Shown: positions 29,408 through 39,822, counted from the stretch's first letter. The stretch: DNA of 49,032 bases from Candidatus Desantisbacteria bacterium CG1_02_49_89 (GCA_001871075.1 MNUP01000047.1:1-49032), one strand, 5' to 3'. A program made the numbers and translations. The notes: a model not told the origin generated them from the sequence alone.

Positions 29408-30000
29408 GCCGGTTTCTCTATTTTGTATCTTGCTGTCAGGACCTGGAGTTTTTCCTTTACCATTCCCAGCTTCTTTTCTATATCAACGGCGTTTTCCAGG
29501 CTGATCTCTTTTCTTTTTATGTCCGCCTCAAGCTCGCCGGCGATCAGGGTTATTTCCTTAGCCAGTTCACGGTCTTCCTTAACGATCTCCTTCAGCCCGC
29601 ATATCATCTGGTTTATTGACCTGACAAGATCTTCAAGCTCATCGCCTTTGCGCAGGATTATGACGTGCGTCAGATCCCCGGAACCCACAGCTTCCTTAAG
29701 GTTCCTTTCTATCCTGTAAAGCGGCCCGGCGATCTTGTGCGAGATAAGGATGCTGGCAAGCACTGCAAGCACGATCAGTATTATCAGCTTCCACGAAATG
29801 CTGAACTGGAAAGCCTGTAATACAAAACCGATATTCCTTTCAGGTATATTCAATTTTGCAAGCAGAGGAGGCAGTAACGCGTCCACCGTCGTGTATACAA
29901 GCAGTATGGTCAGGAGTATCCAGAACAGTATAAATATCGTGTACCTGAACTGGAAGCCTTTTTTTACGATATATTGCCGCCTTTTGAAAAGCTGCTTCAT
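29404..30000 (-). CDS. HAMP-domain membrane protein
   Basis: RRQY..KKGFQ, two TM helices, SHKIAGPLYR, LRKGDEL. Confidence 0.7.
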   Translation of the reverse strand: MKQLFKRRQYIVKKGFQFRYTIFILFWILLTILLVYTTVDALLPPLLAKLNIPERNIGFVLQAFQFSISWKLIILIVLAVLASILISHKIAGPLYRIERNLKEAVGSGDLTHVIILRKGDELEDLVRSINQMICGLKEIVKEDRELAKEITLIAGELEADIKRKEISLENAVDIEKKLGMVKEKLQVLTARYKIEKPA

Positions 30001-30004
30001 TTTG

Positions 30005-31297
30005 TTACCGCCTTTTGATTTTTTCACCCGTATAATCGCTGAGAAGTTTCAGCGCGCAGAACTTGCCGCACATGGTGCACGGCCCTGCTGAACGCGCTTT
30101 TCCTTTATACCTGCCTGCTTTTTCAGGATCGATGGCAAGCCTTATCTGTTCTTTCCAGTTAAGCATGTGCCTGCTTGCGGACATGCGCCTGTCCCATTCC
30201 AAAGCTCCTTTTACGCCTTTGGCAATGTCCGCCGCGTGCGCGGCGATCCTGGACGCGATAACGCCTTCTTTCACATCATCAAGCCCGGGTAGTTTCAGAT
30301 GTTCAGAGGGGGTCACATAGCAGAGATAATCAGCTCCGCTTGCTGCCGCTACCGCCCCGCCGATCGCGGCGGTGATGTGGTCGTAACCGGGAGCTACATC
30401 CGTCACAAGGGGCCCCAGCACGTAGAACGGCGCACCCCCGCATATTTTCTTTTCAAGCCTTACGTTTTCCGCTACCTGGTTCAGCGGAACATGCCCGGGC
30501 CCTTCTATCATGACCTGCACGTTTTCCTTCCATGCCCTGCGCGCAAGCTTGCCCAGAATCCGGAGCTCGCACAGCTGGGAGCTGTCTGTAGCGTCAATGA
30601 TCGAGCCCGGCCTGAACCCGTCTCCCAGGCTGAGAACAACGTCGTATTTCTTTGCTATTGACAGGAGCCTGTCAAAATTCTCATAAAGCGGGTTTTCTTT
30701 TTTGTTATGCAGCATCCATTCCGTGATCAGTGTGCCGCCGCGGCTGACTATGCCCATAAGGCGCGGGTTTCTTTTAAGCGCCTGCAGAACCCTGCGCGTC
30801 ACGCCGCAGTGGACAGTGACGAAATCGACGCCGTCACACGCGTGCTTTTCTATGCTTGAGAAAATATCGTCTTCGGACGCGTAAACTACCGAACCTTTTT
30901 TCCTGCTTGCTTCTATGAATGCCTGGTAAACCGGGACCGTGCCCACGGGAACAGGGGATTTGGCAAGTACCGCTTTCCTTACCCTGTCGGTGTTGCCGCC
31001 TATACTGAGGTCCATCACCGTGTCGGCGCCGCACCTTACCGCGATCTCCAGCTTTCTGAGTTCTTTTTTTATATCCGCGCAGTCGGGCGACGTTCCGATA
31101 TTGGCGTTGACCTTTGTGCGCAGGCCCGTGCCTATGCCCAGTGGTTTTATCTTTTTCCCGCGTTTTGAATTGCAGGTTATTACGATCTTCCCCGAGGCTA
31201 TTCCCTGCCTGAGCGTCCTGGCATCTATTTTTTCATCGCGGGCAACCGCGCGCATTTCCGCGGTTATTCTTCCTTCCCGCGCAGCCTTCATCTGCAT
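30005..31297 (-). CDS. thiC: Phosphomethylpyrimidine synthase
   Basis: TKVNANIGTS, DTVMDLS, SRGG, EGPGH, GYDHIT.AIG, CTMCGKFC. Confidence 0.95.
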   Translation of the reverse strand: MQMKAAREGRITAEMRAVARDEKIDARTLRQGIASGKIVITCNSKRGKKIKPLGIGTGLRTKVNANIGTSPDCADIKKELRKLEIAVRCGADTVMDLSIGGNTDRVRKAVLAKSPVPVGTVPVYQAFIEASRKKGSVVYASEDDIFSSIEKHACDGVDFVTVHCGVTRRVLQALKRNPRLMGIVSRGGTLITEWMLHNKKENPLYENFDRLLSIAKKYDVVLSLGDGFRPGSIIDATDSSQLCELRILGKLARRAWKENVQVMIEGPGHVPLNQVAENVRLEKKICGGAPFYVLGPLVTDVAPGYDHITAAIGGAVAAASGADYLCYVTPSEHLKLPGLDDVKEGVIASRIAAHAADIAKGVKGALEWDRRMSASRHMLNWKEQIRLAIDPEKAGRYKGKARSAGPCTMCGKFCALKLLSDYTGEKIKRR

Positions 31298-31435
31298 TCA
31301 ACACCTCTATTTCAGCCACGGATTCACACGGATAATCAAAGAAATATCAGCCAAGAAATTAAGATTTTAAAATAAAGTTTGACACTGTGCTAAAGCATCA
31401 CTGATTTTTCTGTGCAAATCTGTGTCAAAATGGTT

Positions 31436-33193
31436 TTATTTTTTATTGAATTCTTCCCAGAGTTCCGCAGGCATCCTGTCACCGAATTTTTCAAAAAATT
31501 TCCCGGCATCTTCTGTTTCCCGGTCCCATTCACCCGGGTTTACTTCAAGCAGTTCTTCCAGTTTTTCCGCCGGAACATCCAGGCCGCGGGTGTCGATGTC
31601 CCCGGGCCGCGGCACAAGGCCTATCGGTGTCTCCCTTGCTCCCGCCTTGCGGTTTGTTCTGTTTATGATCCATTTCAGGATCCTGATGTTCTCGCCGAAA
31701 CCGGGCCAGATGAATTTTCCGTCTTCATCTCTCCTGAACCAGTTGATGAAAAATATCCCGGGCGGATCTTTCATTTTTTTCCCGATATCGAGCCAGTGCC
31801 CGAAATAGTCGCCCATATTGTAGCCGCAGAACGGTATCATTGCCATCGGGTCCCTGCGGAGCGCGCCGATGCTGTGTATCGCGGCAGCGGTTGTTTCCGA
31901 GCCCATCCTGGCTGCGGAAAATACGCCGTGCTGCCAGCCGAAGCTTTCATATACGAGCGGTATGAGTTCTGTCCTTCTGCCGCCGAAGATTATTGCGGAG
32001 ATCGGGACGCCTTTCGGATTATTGAATTCCCTGGAGACAACAGGGCACTGCGATATTGCCGCCGTGAAACGGGAGTTGGGATGCGCGGCCTTGCTGTCCT
32101 GTTGTAAATGGTCCCACCTGCGGCCCTGCCAGTCAAGTACGTTTTCAGGCACAGGGCCGTCACGGCCTTCCCACCACGGCTCGTTCCTGTCAGCATCCAG
32201 AGCGGTGTTTGTGTAAAGGGTGGGGTAGAATGTTCCCGCTTTCAGTGTCCTGACCATGTTCGGGTTTGTTTTCAAAGAGGTGCCGGGCGCCACCCCGAAA
32301 AGCCCGGTTTCCGGATTTATGGCCCACAGCCTTCCGTCCGGGCCGACATTCATCCATGCGATATCGTCACCCACCGTCCATATTTTGTAGCCGGGTATGG
32401 AGGGCTGCAGCATGGCAAGGTTGGTTTTTCCGCAGGCGCTTGGCAAAGCGGCGACAACGTAGGTTATCCTGCCTTCAGGATCTTCGATGCCTATAATTAT
32501 CATGTGCTCTGCCAGCCAGCCTTCCTTCAGCCCCAGCCAGGAGGCAATTCTCAAAGAGAAGCATTTCTTGCCCAGGAGCGCGTTGCCGCCGTATCCTGAG
32601 CCGATGCTCCAGACAAAATTCTCGTCCGGGAAATGCATTATAAAGCGTTTTTCAGGATCAAGATCACCCACGGAATGGAAGCCCCTGACAAAATTTTCCG
32701 ATCCGCCTATCTTCCTGACAACGCCTTTGCCCAGGCGCGTCATTATGCGCATGCTTACAGCGACGTAGGAGATATCGGTGAGCTGGACGCACGCTTTCGC
32801 GTACGGTGAATCGGGATGGCCCATCATATACGGAAGGACGTACATCGTCCTTCCGCGCATGCACCCCTTTGACAGCCTTGAAAGCTTTTCTTTTGCCTCA
32901 AGGGGCGGCATCCAGTTGTTGTTGGGTCCGGCAGTCACTTTGTCCGGGTGGCAGACATAGGTCAGGTGTTCGGTCCTTGCCACATCGGTCGGATGGCTCC
33001 TGTGCAGGTAACTGCCGGGAAAAGAAGACCTGTTGAGCTCATGGAAGACGCTGTGCCCGTTTATTTTTTCTTTTGTAAGGCCGGCCTCAACTATTTTGCG
33101 CGCTTCTTCTTCGGTGCCGTCACACCAGTAAATACTTTCGGGTTCTGCAAGCCCTGCCTGTTCTTCAACCCATCGTTCGAGAGGTGTTGCCAC
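31436..33193 (-). CDS. pckG: Phosphoenolpyruvate carboxykinase (GTP)
   Basis: GSGYGGNALLGKKC, PSACGKTNLAM, VGDDIAW, HPNSRF, FGGRR, RDPMAM.PFCGYN. Confidence 0.96.
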   Translation of the reverse strand: MATPLERWVEEQAGLAEPESIYWCDGTEEEARKIVEAGLTKEKINGHSVFHELNRSSFPGSYLHRSHPTDVARTEHLTYVCHPDKVTAGPNNNWMPPLEAKEKLSRLSKGCMRGRTMYVLPYMMGHPDSPYAKACVQLTDISYVAVSMRIMTRLGKGVVRKIGGSENFVRGFHSVGDLDPEKRFIMHFPDENFVWSIGSGYGGNALLGKKCFSLRIASWLGLKEGWLAEHMIIIGIEDPEGRITYVVAALPSACGKTNLAMLQPSIPGYKIWTVGDDIAWMNVGPDGRLWAINPETGLFGVAPGTSLKTNPNMVRTLKAGTFYPTLYTNTALDADRNEPWWEGRDGPVPENVLDWQGRRWDHLQQDSKAAHPNSRFTAAISQCPVVSREFNNPKGVPISAIIFGGRRTELIPLVYESFGWQHGVFSAARMGSETTAAAIHSIGALRRDPMAMIPFCGYNMGDYFGHWLDIGKKMKDPPGIFFINWFRRDEDGKFIWPGFGENIRILKWIINRTNRKAGARETPIGLVPRPGDIDTRGLDVPAEKLEELLEVNPGEWDRETEDAGKFFEKFGDRMPAELWEEFNKK

Positions 33194-33216
33194 TATTTGT
33201 CCCTTCTGTAATACAA

Positions 33217-33318
33217 TTATGAGTTATGAATTATGATTTATGAGTCAAAGGCATGGATTTTCATTTAAATTAATAATCTTGCTGTTGATTCATAACTTAT
33301 AACTCATAATTCATAATT
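33217..33318. repeat. Inverted heptamer (TTATGAR) repeat arms
   Basis: aattatgagttatgaattatgatttatgagtcaa ... ttgattcataacttataactcataattcataatt. Confidence 0.85.
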
Positions 33319-33329
33319 GATTTACATAA

Positions 33330-33833
33330 TTATTCCCAGTCAAGTTCCTTTACGTTATGCCTTGTGACTTCTTTTACGGGATATATGTGAAAAATTATCT
33401 CCTCGGGTTTGAACCAGAGCTTTATTTCCCTTTCGGCGTCTTTTTCGCTCGAGGACGCGTGTATCGCGTTCTCGTAAACCCCGCTGGTCGTTATCCTCCC
33501 GTAAGAGCCCCTTATGCTTGTAGGGTCGGCTTCTTCGGGATTGGTCGCGCCTGCAAGCTGCCTGACCTTCTTTATCGCGTCCTCGCCGTGGTAAACCATC
33601 GCGATCACCTTGCGCCGGCCATGGAACTCTCCTTGTATATACTTTAATAAATCCTCAAAAAAGGGTTTGTCCTTTAATTCGCTGTAATGTTCTTCCGCGA
33701 GCTTCCTGCTGACCTTGACGACTTTCGCCGCCGCGATTTCAAGCTTTGTCTCGGAAAGGCGCGAGAGTATGTTGCCTGTCAGGGACTTCTTCAGCCCGTC
33801 CGGTTTTATCAAAATAAGGGTCTGCTGGACCAT
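33330..33833 (-). CDS. ndk: Nucleoside diphosphate kinase
   Basis: TLILIKPDG, AEEHY, GATNP..A.P.SIRG, NAIHASSS. Confidence 0.93.
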   Translation of the reverse strand: MVQQTLILIKPDGLKKSLTGNILSRLSETKLEIAAAKVVKVSRKLAEEHYSELKDKPFFEDLLKYIQGEFHGRRKVIAMVYHGEDAIKKVRQLAGATNPEEADPTSIRGSYGRITTSGVYENAIHASSSEKDAEREIKLWFKPEEIIFHIYPVKEVTRHNVKELDWE

Positions 33834-33855
33834 GGTTCCTCCTAAATATTTTAAT

Positions 33856-33918
33856 ATTATACCACTATTTCTGTTAAAAGTCAAGAAAACTTGACAAATT
33901 AACTAAATAGTATATAAT
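33856..33918. promoter_or_regulatory. Back-to-back sigma70 promoters (ndk on minus, CBS/permease on plus)
   Basis: Minus: TTGACT(33884-33879)-17-TATAAT(33861-33856). Plus: TTGACA(33891-33896)-16-TATAAT(33913-33918). Confidence 0.75.
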
Positions 33919-33994
33919 ATATAACCTTGAAAATAAGCCTTCAAAGACCAAAAACAGGGCCCTTGTCCTGTTTTTCTTCTTTAAGGGAGGGCAT

Positions 33995-34441
33995 ATGAAA
34001 GTCAAAGATATAATGACCAGAGAGGTTAAAACCCTCAGTCCGGATATGTCGGTCAAGGACGCCGCGGTAAAACTTTTTACGCTGCAGATAAGCGGCCTGC
34101 CTGTGGTGGACGCGGAAAACCGCGTTGTGGGGATGTTCACCGAAAAAGACATCATAAAGATGGTTCTGCCGTCAAATATAGAGCAAGTAGAGGGTCTGAC
34201 CCAGCTTTTCGGAGGGGAAGCCCTTGAAAAGAAATTCGCCCGCACAGCGGACATCAAGGTTTCGGAGGTAATGCGCAGGGAAGTGATCTGCGTGGATGAG
34301 GATACGGATGTCGCGGAAGTGGCGAAGATGATGATCGTCAAAAAGGTGAGGAGGATCCCCGTGGTCAGGGATAACAAGCTGGCCGGCATCGTTGCAAGAG
34401 GGGATATCGTAAAACAGCTTTTGAAGAAAGAAGGTTTATAA
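33995..34441 (+). CDS. CBS-domain pair protein
   Basis: ISGLPVVD..VVGMFTEKD; VRRIPVV...GIVARGD. Confidence 0.9.
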   Translation: MKVKDIMTREVKTLSPDMSVKDAAVKLFTLQISGLPVVDAENRVVGMFTEKDIIKMVLPSNIEQVEGLTQLFGGEALEKKFARTADIKVSEVMRREVICVDEDTDVAEVAKMMIVKKVRRIPVVRDNKLAGIVARGDIVKQLLKKEGL

Positions 34442-34444
34442 ACA

Positions 34445-35893
34445 ATGGATAACAACGGCGAACGCGCGGAAATAACCAGTAAGCCCAAGCATATATGGAG
34501 AAATTTTTCTCTGCTTCTTCTTATTGTGGTCCTGACAGGTTTTTTAGCGCACAGCAGGAACATGTCATTCAGCCAGGTTCTTGCCATTTCGCTTTTTACT
34601 GCCACTGTCCTGGGCACGCTTCTGTTCTGATCCTTCAGGCTGTCGATAGCGTTTGTGGGTATAGGCATACTGCTTGCGACAAAGACGCTTGACGTAGAGA
34701 ATTTTGTAAAGTTCTCATCCCTGGATGTCATATGTTTCCTTGTGGGAATGATGACCATCGTGGGGATGCTGAAGGATGTCGGGTTCTTCAACTGGATCAT
34801 GATGAAGCTTATCAGGGGCGCGAAGGGAAGCGCGACCAGGTTTCTGACCCTCCTGTGCGTTTCTTCCACCCTTCTCGCATGCCTGGTTGACGAAGTGACC
34901 TCCATTATATTTATTGCCGCGATCATCCTGGAAGCCTGCGATTACTTTGAGGTAGACCCGACTCCCTATATAATCAGCAGCGTGCTTGCGACCAACATCG
35001 GCTCCAGCGGCACGATGCTGGGCAACCCAATAGGGATACTCATAGGAATGAGGGCGGGACTGACTTTTGAGAGCTTCATAAAATGGGCGTTTCCCGTGAC
35101 AATGGCGGCACTGGCGCTGACGCTTCTGATATTAAGGATCTGGTACAGGAAAGACCTGCTGCTCCTGGGCGCGAAGATGAAGGAAAAACTTTCTTCGGCG
35201 GCAGGGACCGCGGGACCGGGAACAGCTAAAATTGAAAATAAAAAGGATTTTAAGATCGGTATATCCATATTTGTTGCCACCATTCTGATGATCGCGTTCC
35301 ACCACCGCATCGAGGTATTGTGCCGGTTCCCGCAGAACACCATGCTTCTTGCCGCTCCGCTGATCGGGGCCGGGGTTGTGATGTTCTGGAAAGCGGAAAG
35401 GGCAAGGCATTACATAGAGAAGGACGTGGACTGGTGGACGCTGATATTTTTTATGATGCTTTTCGCAAAAGCGGGAACTCTCAGATATACGGGTGTCACG
35501 GATATACTGGCGAACAAGATCGTTGCTTTTTCAGGTTCAAACATAACTATTCTCATAATGATAGTGTTGTGGATATCCTGTTTCGGTTCAAGCATCCTTG
35601 ACAACGTTGTGCTCGTATCCGCGATCATACCGGTGATACAAAGTTTCAAGGCCATCGGGATAAACGTGTATCCCCTTTGGTGGGCGCTGCTTTTCGGGGG
35701 CTGCTTCGGCGGCAACATAACAATGGTGGGCAGCACCGCCAACATCGTGGCGATAGGCATGCTGGAAAAACAGGGAAGGAAACAGATGAAATTCTTCCGC
35801 TGGTTCCGGATCGGCGCAACTGTCGGCGTTATTTCCACGGCGGTCGCGGGACTGCTGCTTTTGATCCTTTTTCCGTTTATGCCGAAACATTAA
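34445..35893 (+). pseudogene. ArsB/NhaD (SLC13-like) ion permease with an in-frame TGA at 34628-34630
   Basis: ORFs 34445-34630 and 34655-35893 share a frame (LLF*SFRLSIAF); VDEVTSI, ATNIGS.GT..GNP, LDNV, GGNIT.VGSTAN motifs. Confidence 0.75.
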
Positions 35894-35898
35894 ATAAC

Positions 35899-36702
35899 AT
35901 GCCATTAATCCAATCCATAATTCTGGGCCTGGTCCAGGGCCTGACCGAATTCCTTCCGGTCAGCTCAAGCGCGCACCTTGTGCTTGTGCCCAATTTTCTG
36001 GGATGGGAGCCCTCTCCTGTTTTGTTTGATATATTCCTGCACCTCGGCACCCTTGTTGCCGTGCTTGTTTACTTCCGCAAGGATATTTTGGGACTCTTCT
36101 CTTCCCGCTCTTCACTACTCACTGTCTTAATTGTGGCCTGCGTTCCGACCGCAATTATCGGTTTTTTATTTAAGGGCTTCTTTGAAAAACTTTTCGAGAA
36201 TCCGGCAGGCGTCTCTGTACTTCTTCTTGTCACCGGTTTTCTTTTATGGTTTTCTTCGCGACGCGCGACCCGCCCAGCAAAATTGGCGGGCAAGCTGTCC
36301 GACCCGCAAGGGCGACGCGCGACGATTTCGTACGCCGACGCCCTCTGGATCGGCATTGCGCAGGGCGCCGCGATAGCGCCGGGCATTTCGCGTTCAGGCG
36401 CCACGATATCAACCGGTCTTTTGAGGGGTCTTTCAGGTGAAGAAGCCGCAAGGTTCTCTTTCCTGCTTTCGATCCCCGCGATCCTGGGCGCGTTAGTGTT
36501 TAAATTAAAAGATCTATCGTCCACAGTTCACGGTCCACAGTCCACGGCGTACATGATTGGAGGGGCAGTCGCGGGATTAGCAGGATATGGGGCGCTGAAA
36601 ATAGTTTTTAAAGCCCTCAAGGCGGGAAGGTTCAAATATTTCGCGCTGTATTGCTGGGCACTGGGAACCATTGGTATTTTATCCGTTTTGGTCCGTGGCT
36701 GA
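35899..36702 (+). CDS. uppP: Undecaprenyl-diphosphate phosphatase
   Basis: ILGLVQGLTEFLPVSSSAHL, PGISRSGATI, ARFSFLLSIP. Confidence 0.95.
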   Translation: MPLIQSIILGLVQGLTEFLPVSSSAHLVLVPNFLGWEPSPVLFDIFLHLGTLVAVLVYFRKDILGLFSSRSSLLTVLIVACVPTAIIGFLFKGFFEKLFENPAGVSVLLLVTGFLLWFSSRRATRPAKLAGKLSDPQGRRATISYADALWIGIAQGAAIAPGISRSGATISTGLLRGLSGEEAARFSFLLSIPAILGALVFKLKDLSSTVHGPQSTAYMIGGAVAGLAGYGALKIVFKALKAGRFKYFALYCWALGTIGILSVLVRG

Positions 36703-36810
36703 TTCAGTGTCAAGAGTCCCGCCTCAACGGTGGGTCGCCGAAGTGGCGACAAGAGTCAAGTGTCAAGTTTAAAACCAGAAAGTATTATCCGTGGATATCC
36801 GTGGCCAAAC

Positions 36811-37296
36811 ATGATACAGAAACTGCTTGTAGCGTTACAGGGGCTGCCGAAAGAACTCATTACAGTTATCGTGGCGATGCTTCCCATCGCCGAGTTACGG
36901 GGTTCAATACCCGTGGCCCTCGGAATGGGAATGGATCCCCGGTCTGTATTTTGGTGGTCGATAATAGGAAATACAATACCGGTTGCACCGATATTGCTGC
37001 TGCTGGGTCCAGTGTCAAAGTGGCTGAGGCGGTTCAAGATCTTTAACAGATTTTTCAATTGGCTGTTTGCCCGCACTGAGAAGAACAGCGCGGTGATACA
37101 GAAATACGGGTTCTGGGGCCTTGCGATTTTCGTGGGCATTCCCCTTCCGATAACGGGTGCGTGGAGCGGGTGCGCCGCGGCGTTCCTGCTCCAGATGAAA
37201 TTCTGGCGCGCGTTTTTCGCGATCCTGCTGGGGATCCTTATCGCGGGCGGGATCGTCATGCTGGCAAGCTTGGGTGTGATCAAGATTTTCTTATAG
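36811..37296 (+). CDS. Putative small multi-drug export membrane protein (COG2426-like)
   Basis: AMLPIAELRGSIP, GLAIFVGIPLP.TGAWSG. Confidence 0.85.
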   Translation: MIQKLLVALQGLPKELITVIVAMLPIAELRGSIPVALGMGMDPRSVFWWSIIGNTIPVAPILLLLGPVSKWLRRFKIFNRFFNWLFARTEKNSAVIQKYGFWGLAIFVGIPLPITGAWSGCAAAFLLQMKFWRAFFAILLGILIAGGIVMLASLGVIKIFL

Positions 37297-37382
37297 TATT
37301 AAGTGTCAAGTATCAAGAGTCAAGTAAGAGATTAATCTTGTGGAAATCTGTGTAATCGTGTGGTTTGAAATCTGAGGTTAAG

Positions 37383-38714
37383 ATGAAAAGAAGGTTTAGT
37401 CCGGCGCAGACCGTTCTCCTGGGCTTCCTGCTCTTGATCCTGACAGGAACTTTCCTGCTGCTACTCCCGTTTTCAACGAAAAGCGGGTCAAAGCCGCATG
37501 GTATCGACGCGCTTTTCACAGCCACTTCCGCCATATGCGTGACCGGCCTGACCGTGGCCAAAACAGGGGAATACTGGTCGCTGTTCGGCCAGCTGGTCAT
37601 CATTGTCCTGATACAGCTCGGGGGCCTTGGTTATATGATGATCACGGGTTTTGTAATGCTTGCGATCAGGAACAGGATAACGCTTGAAGAAAGGCTGGCA
37701 TTCAGGGAGGGCATGGACCAGTTCAGTATGTCGGAACTCGGGCATTTCATAAGACAGGTACTGAAGGCAACGTTCATTGTTGAGGGCGCAGGCGCCCTGG
37801 TCCTTTTTCTTTACTGGCGGGAAAAACTCGGGTGGTTAAGGGCTCTTTATAACGGCATTTTCCACTCTGTCTCCGCCTTCTGCAACGCGGGATTCATCCT
37901 TTTCAGCAATAACCTTGAGGGTTATAAAGGCGATCTGGTCGTCAGCATTACTATAATGTGCCTGATAATAACCGGCGGGATAGGATACCATGTTATCAGG
38001 GACGTTTACCATCATTATTCAACAAAACGCAGGCACCCCCACCTGTACCTCCACACAAGATCCGTGTTGATGATGACCGGTATACTTATCCTTACGGGCG
38101 CGGTTTTTATTTTCATTTTTGAAAGCATGAACCCGGGAGTTTTTACAGGCCTGACGCTTAAGGAAAAAATACTTACTTCACTTTTCCAGTCACTGACCCC
38201 CAGGACCGCGGGTTTTAACACGCTCCCGATCGGGCAGATGACAATACCTTCGCTGTTCCTTATTATCATACTTATGTTCATAGGCGCTTCTCCGGGAGGG
38301 ACCGGCGGAGGCATAAAGACCACCACCTTCCTTGTTATTATCGACGCAACATGGTCAGCCCTGATAGGCCGAAGGGACGTCACGCTTTTCAAAAAAAGAC
38401 TGCCTGAAGAAACGGTCAGCAAATCTTTCGCGATCTTCATACTTGGGCTTCTGCTTGTGTCCGTGGTTACGTTCTTCATGCTGAACACAGAATCAAAGGG
38501 ATTCATACCCGTGCTTTTTGAGATCGTTTCAGCGTTCGGAACCGTGGGCCTGTCCACCGGTATAACACCAAGCCTGACCTTTATAGGCAAGGTCCTGATA
38601 ATAATAACGATGTTCATAGGCAGGATAGGGCTTCTTACTTTTGCGATAGCCCTGACGCAGGTCAGGTACGAATCGCTTTTCAGGTATCCGGAGGAAAGAA
38701 TACTGGTCGGCTGA
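37383..38714 (+). CDS. ktrB: TrkH/KtrB potassium uptake membrane subunit
   Basis: FTATSAICVTGL, SAFCNAGF, RTAGF, GGTGGGIK, SAFGTVGLS, MFIGRIG. Confidence 0.92.
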   Translation: MKRRFSPAQTVLLGFLLLILTGTFLLLLPFSTKSGSKPHGIDALFTATSAICVTGLTVAKTGEYWSLFGQLVIIVLIQLGGLGYMMITGFVMLAIRNRITLEERLAFREGMDQFSMSELGHFIRQVLKATFIVEGAGALVLFLYWREKLGWLRALYNGIFHSVSAFCNAGFILFSNNLEGYKGDLVVSITIMCLIITGGIGYHVIRDVYHHYSTKRRHPHLYLHTRSVLMMTGILILTGAVFIFIFESMNPGVFTGLTLKEKILTSLFQSLTPRTAGFNTLPIGQMTIPSLFLIIILMFIGASPGGTGGGIKTTTFLVIIDATWSALIGRRDVTLFKKRLPEETVSKSFAIFILGLLLVSVVTFFMLNTESKGFIPVLFEIVSAFGTVGLSTGITPSLTFIGKVLIIITMFIGRIGLLTFAIALTQVRYESLFRYPEERILVG

Positions 38715-38812
38715 ATTAAAACAGTGTCCAGTGTCCAGCCAAAAGATTAATACTAAATCTGTGTAATCATCTTATAAAATCGGTGTAATCAGTTTTACGG
38801 CGGGAGGGGAAA

Positions 38813-39508
38813 ATGAGACAGTTTGCGGTGATAGGCCTGGGAAAATTCGGCCTTGCGGTGGCAAAGACACTGACCGAGAAGGGATGCCAGATCCTTGTTA
38901 TTGATTCCGACGAGGAAAGGGTAAGGGAGGCAGGTGAGTTTGCCGCGTCTGCCATTCAGATGGACGCTACCGACGAAGAAGCCCTTAGAAAAGTCGGATT
39001 TGAATCAATAGACGTTGCCATAGTCAGCGTCGGCGAAAACCTTGAGTCCAGCATACTAATAACCCTGCTCCTCAAGGAGATAGGCGTGAAAGAGGTTATT
39101 TCCAAGGCGCTGACAGCCCATCACGCGAAAGTCCTGCAGAAGATAGGGGCGGACCGGATAGTGTTCCCGGAAAGGGAAATGGGCATCAAGGTCGCCGAGC
39201 ACCTTATTTCTCCCGACATCCTCGAGCTGATAAGGCTCTCTCCAGATTACGACCTCCTGGAGTTCACGGTTCCCAGGGGCATGAACGGAAAGACGCTCAA
39301 AGACCTCGCGCTCAGGACAAAGTATAAAGTGAATATTGTCGCCATAAAGAAAAGGGTCCCGTATGTCAACGACGCCGGGGAATCGGAATTCAGGGAAGAG
39401 ATCAACCCTACGCCAAACGGGGATGACGAGCTTTCCGCCGGCGACGTGATCGTGATGACAGGCGAAACCAAAATGATAGCTGAGTTTCGAAAGGAAGTCC
39501 AGAAATGA
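38813..39508 (+). CDS. ktrA: TrkA/KtrA potassium uptake regulatory subunit
   Basis: FAVIGLGKFG, KIGADRIVFPEREMG, RCK-C domain. Confidence 0.92.
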   Translation: MRQFAVIGLGKFGLAVAKTLTEKGCQILVIDSDEERVREAGEFAASAIQMDATDEEALRKVGFESIDVAIVSVGENLESSILITLLLKEIGVKEVISKALTAHHAKVLQKIGADRIVFPEREMGIKVAEHLISPDILELIRLSPDYDLLEFTVPRGMNGKTLKDLALRTKYKVNIVAIKKRVPYVNDAGESEFREEINPTPNGDDELSAGDVIVMTGETKMIAEFRKEVQK

Positions 39509-39774
39509 TCGCAGATAAAAAGGAGCTGGCGAACGCGCTTTTTGAAATAGGCAAGTTTTATTTTTTTAACGAAAGGTACGATGAGGCGCTGAGGGTGCTT
39601 AAAAAATCAGCTGACCTGAACAAAAAAGAGCCGGAGACCTATTACCAGATGGGCCTGGTATATGAGGCAAAGAACGAGAGCATGCCAGCCAAGGAAATGT
39701 ACCTTAAAGCCCTTGAGCTGAATCCCAGGCTCAGCGTCGCGCAGGAGCACCTTGACAGGCTTGTCGGTAAATAG
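39505..39774 (+). CDS. Small TPR protein
   Basis: Two TPR-like helix pairs (YYQMGLVYE...A...YLKALELNP). Confidence 0.8.
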   Translation: MIADKKELANALFEIGKFYFFNERYDEALRVLKKSADLNKKEPETYYQMGLVYEAKNESMPAKEMYLKALELNPRLSVAQEHLDRLVGK

Positions 39775-39787
39775 TGGTTAAAAGTAA

Positions 39788-39822
39788 GGGGCGCGGGCAT
39801 CAGTGGCGCCCCTTTTTTATTT
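39788..39822 (+). terminator. Intrinsic terminator
   Basis: GGGGCGC...GCGCCCC followed by TTTTTTATTT. Confidence 0.75.

Noticed and set aside
31298-31435. TPP riboswitch upstream of thiC (and FMN riboswitch upstream of ribD)
   Set aside because: No CTGAGA/TPP core here and no FMN consensus near 8170-8240. The thiC gap is filled with ATCCGTG-type repeats.
34628-34630. Genome-wide UGA recoding (genetic code 4 or 25)
   Set aside because: Several well-defined genes end at TGA at their expected C-termini, and only one internal TGA was seen.
35677-35898. N-terminal extensions of uppP, pheA, yjbQ, ndk and the 36730 ORF in the ORF track
   Set aside because: They overlap upstream genes, promoters or repeat tracts. 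Downstream starts match family N-termini or SD sites.
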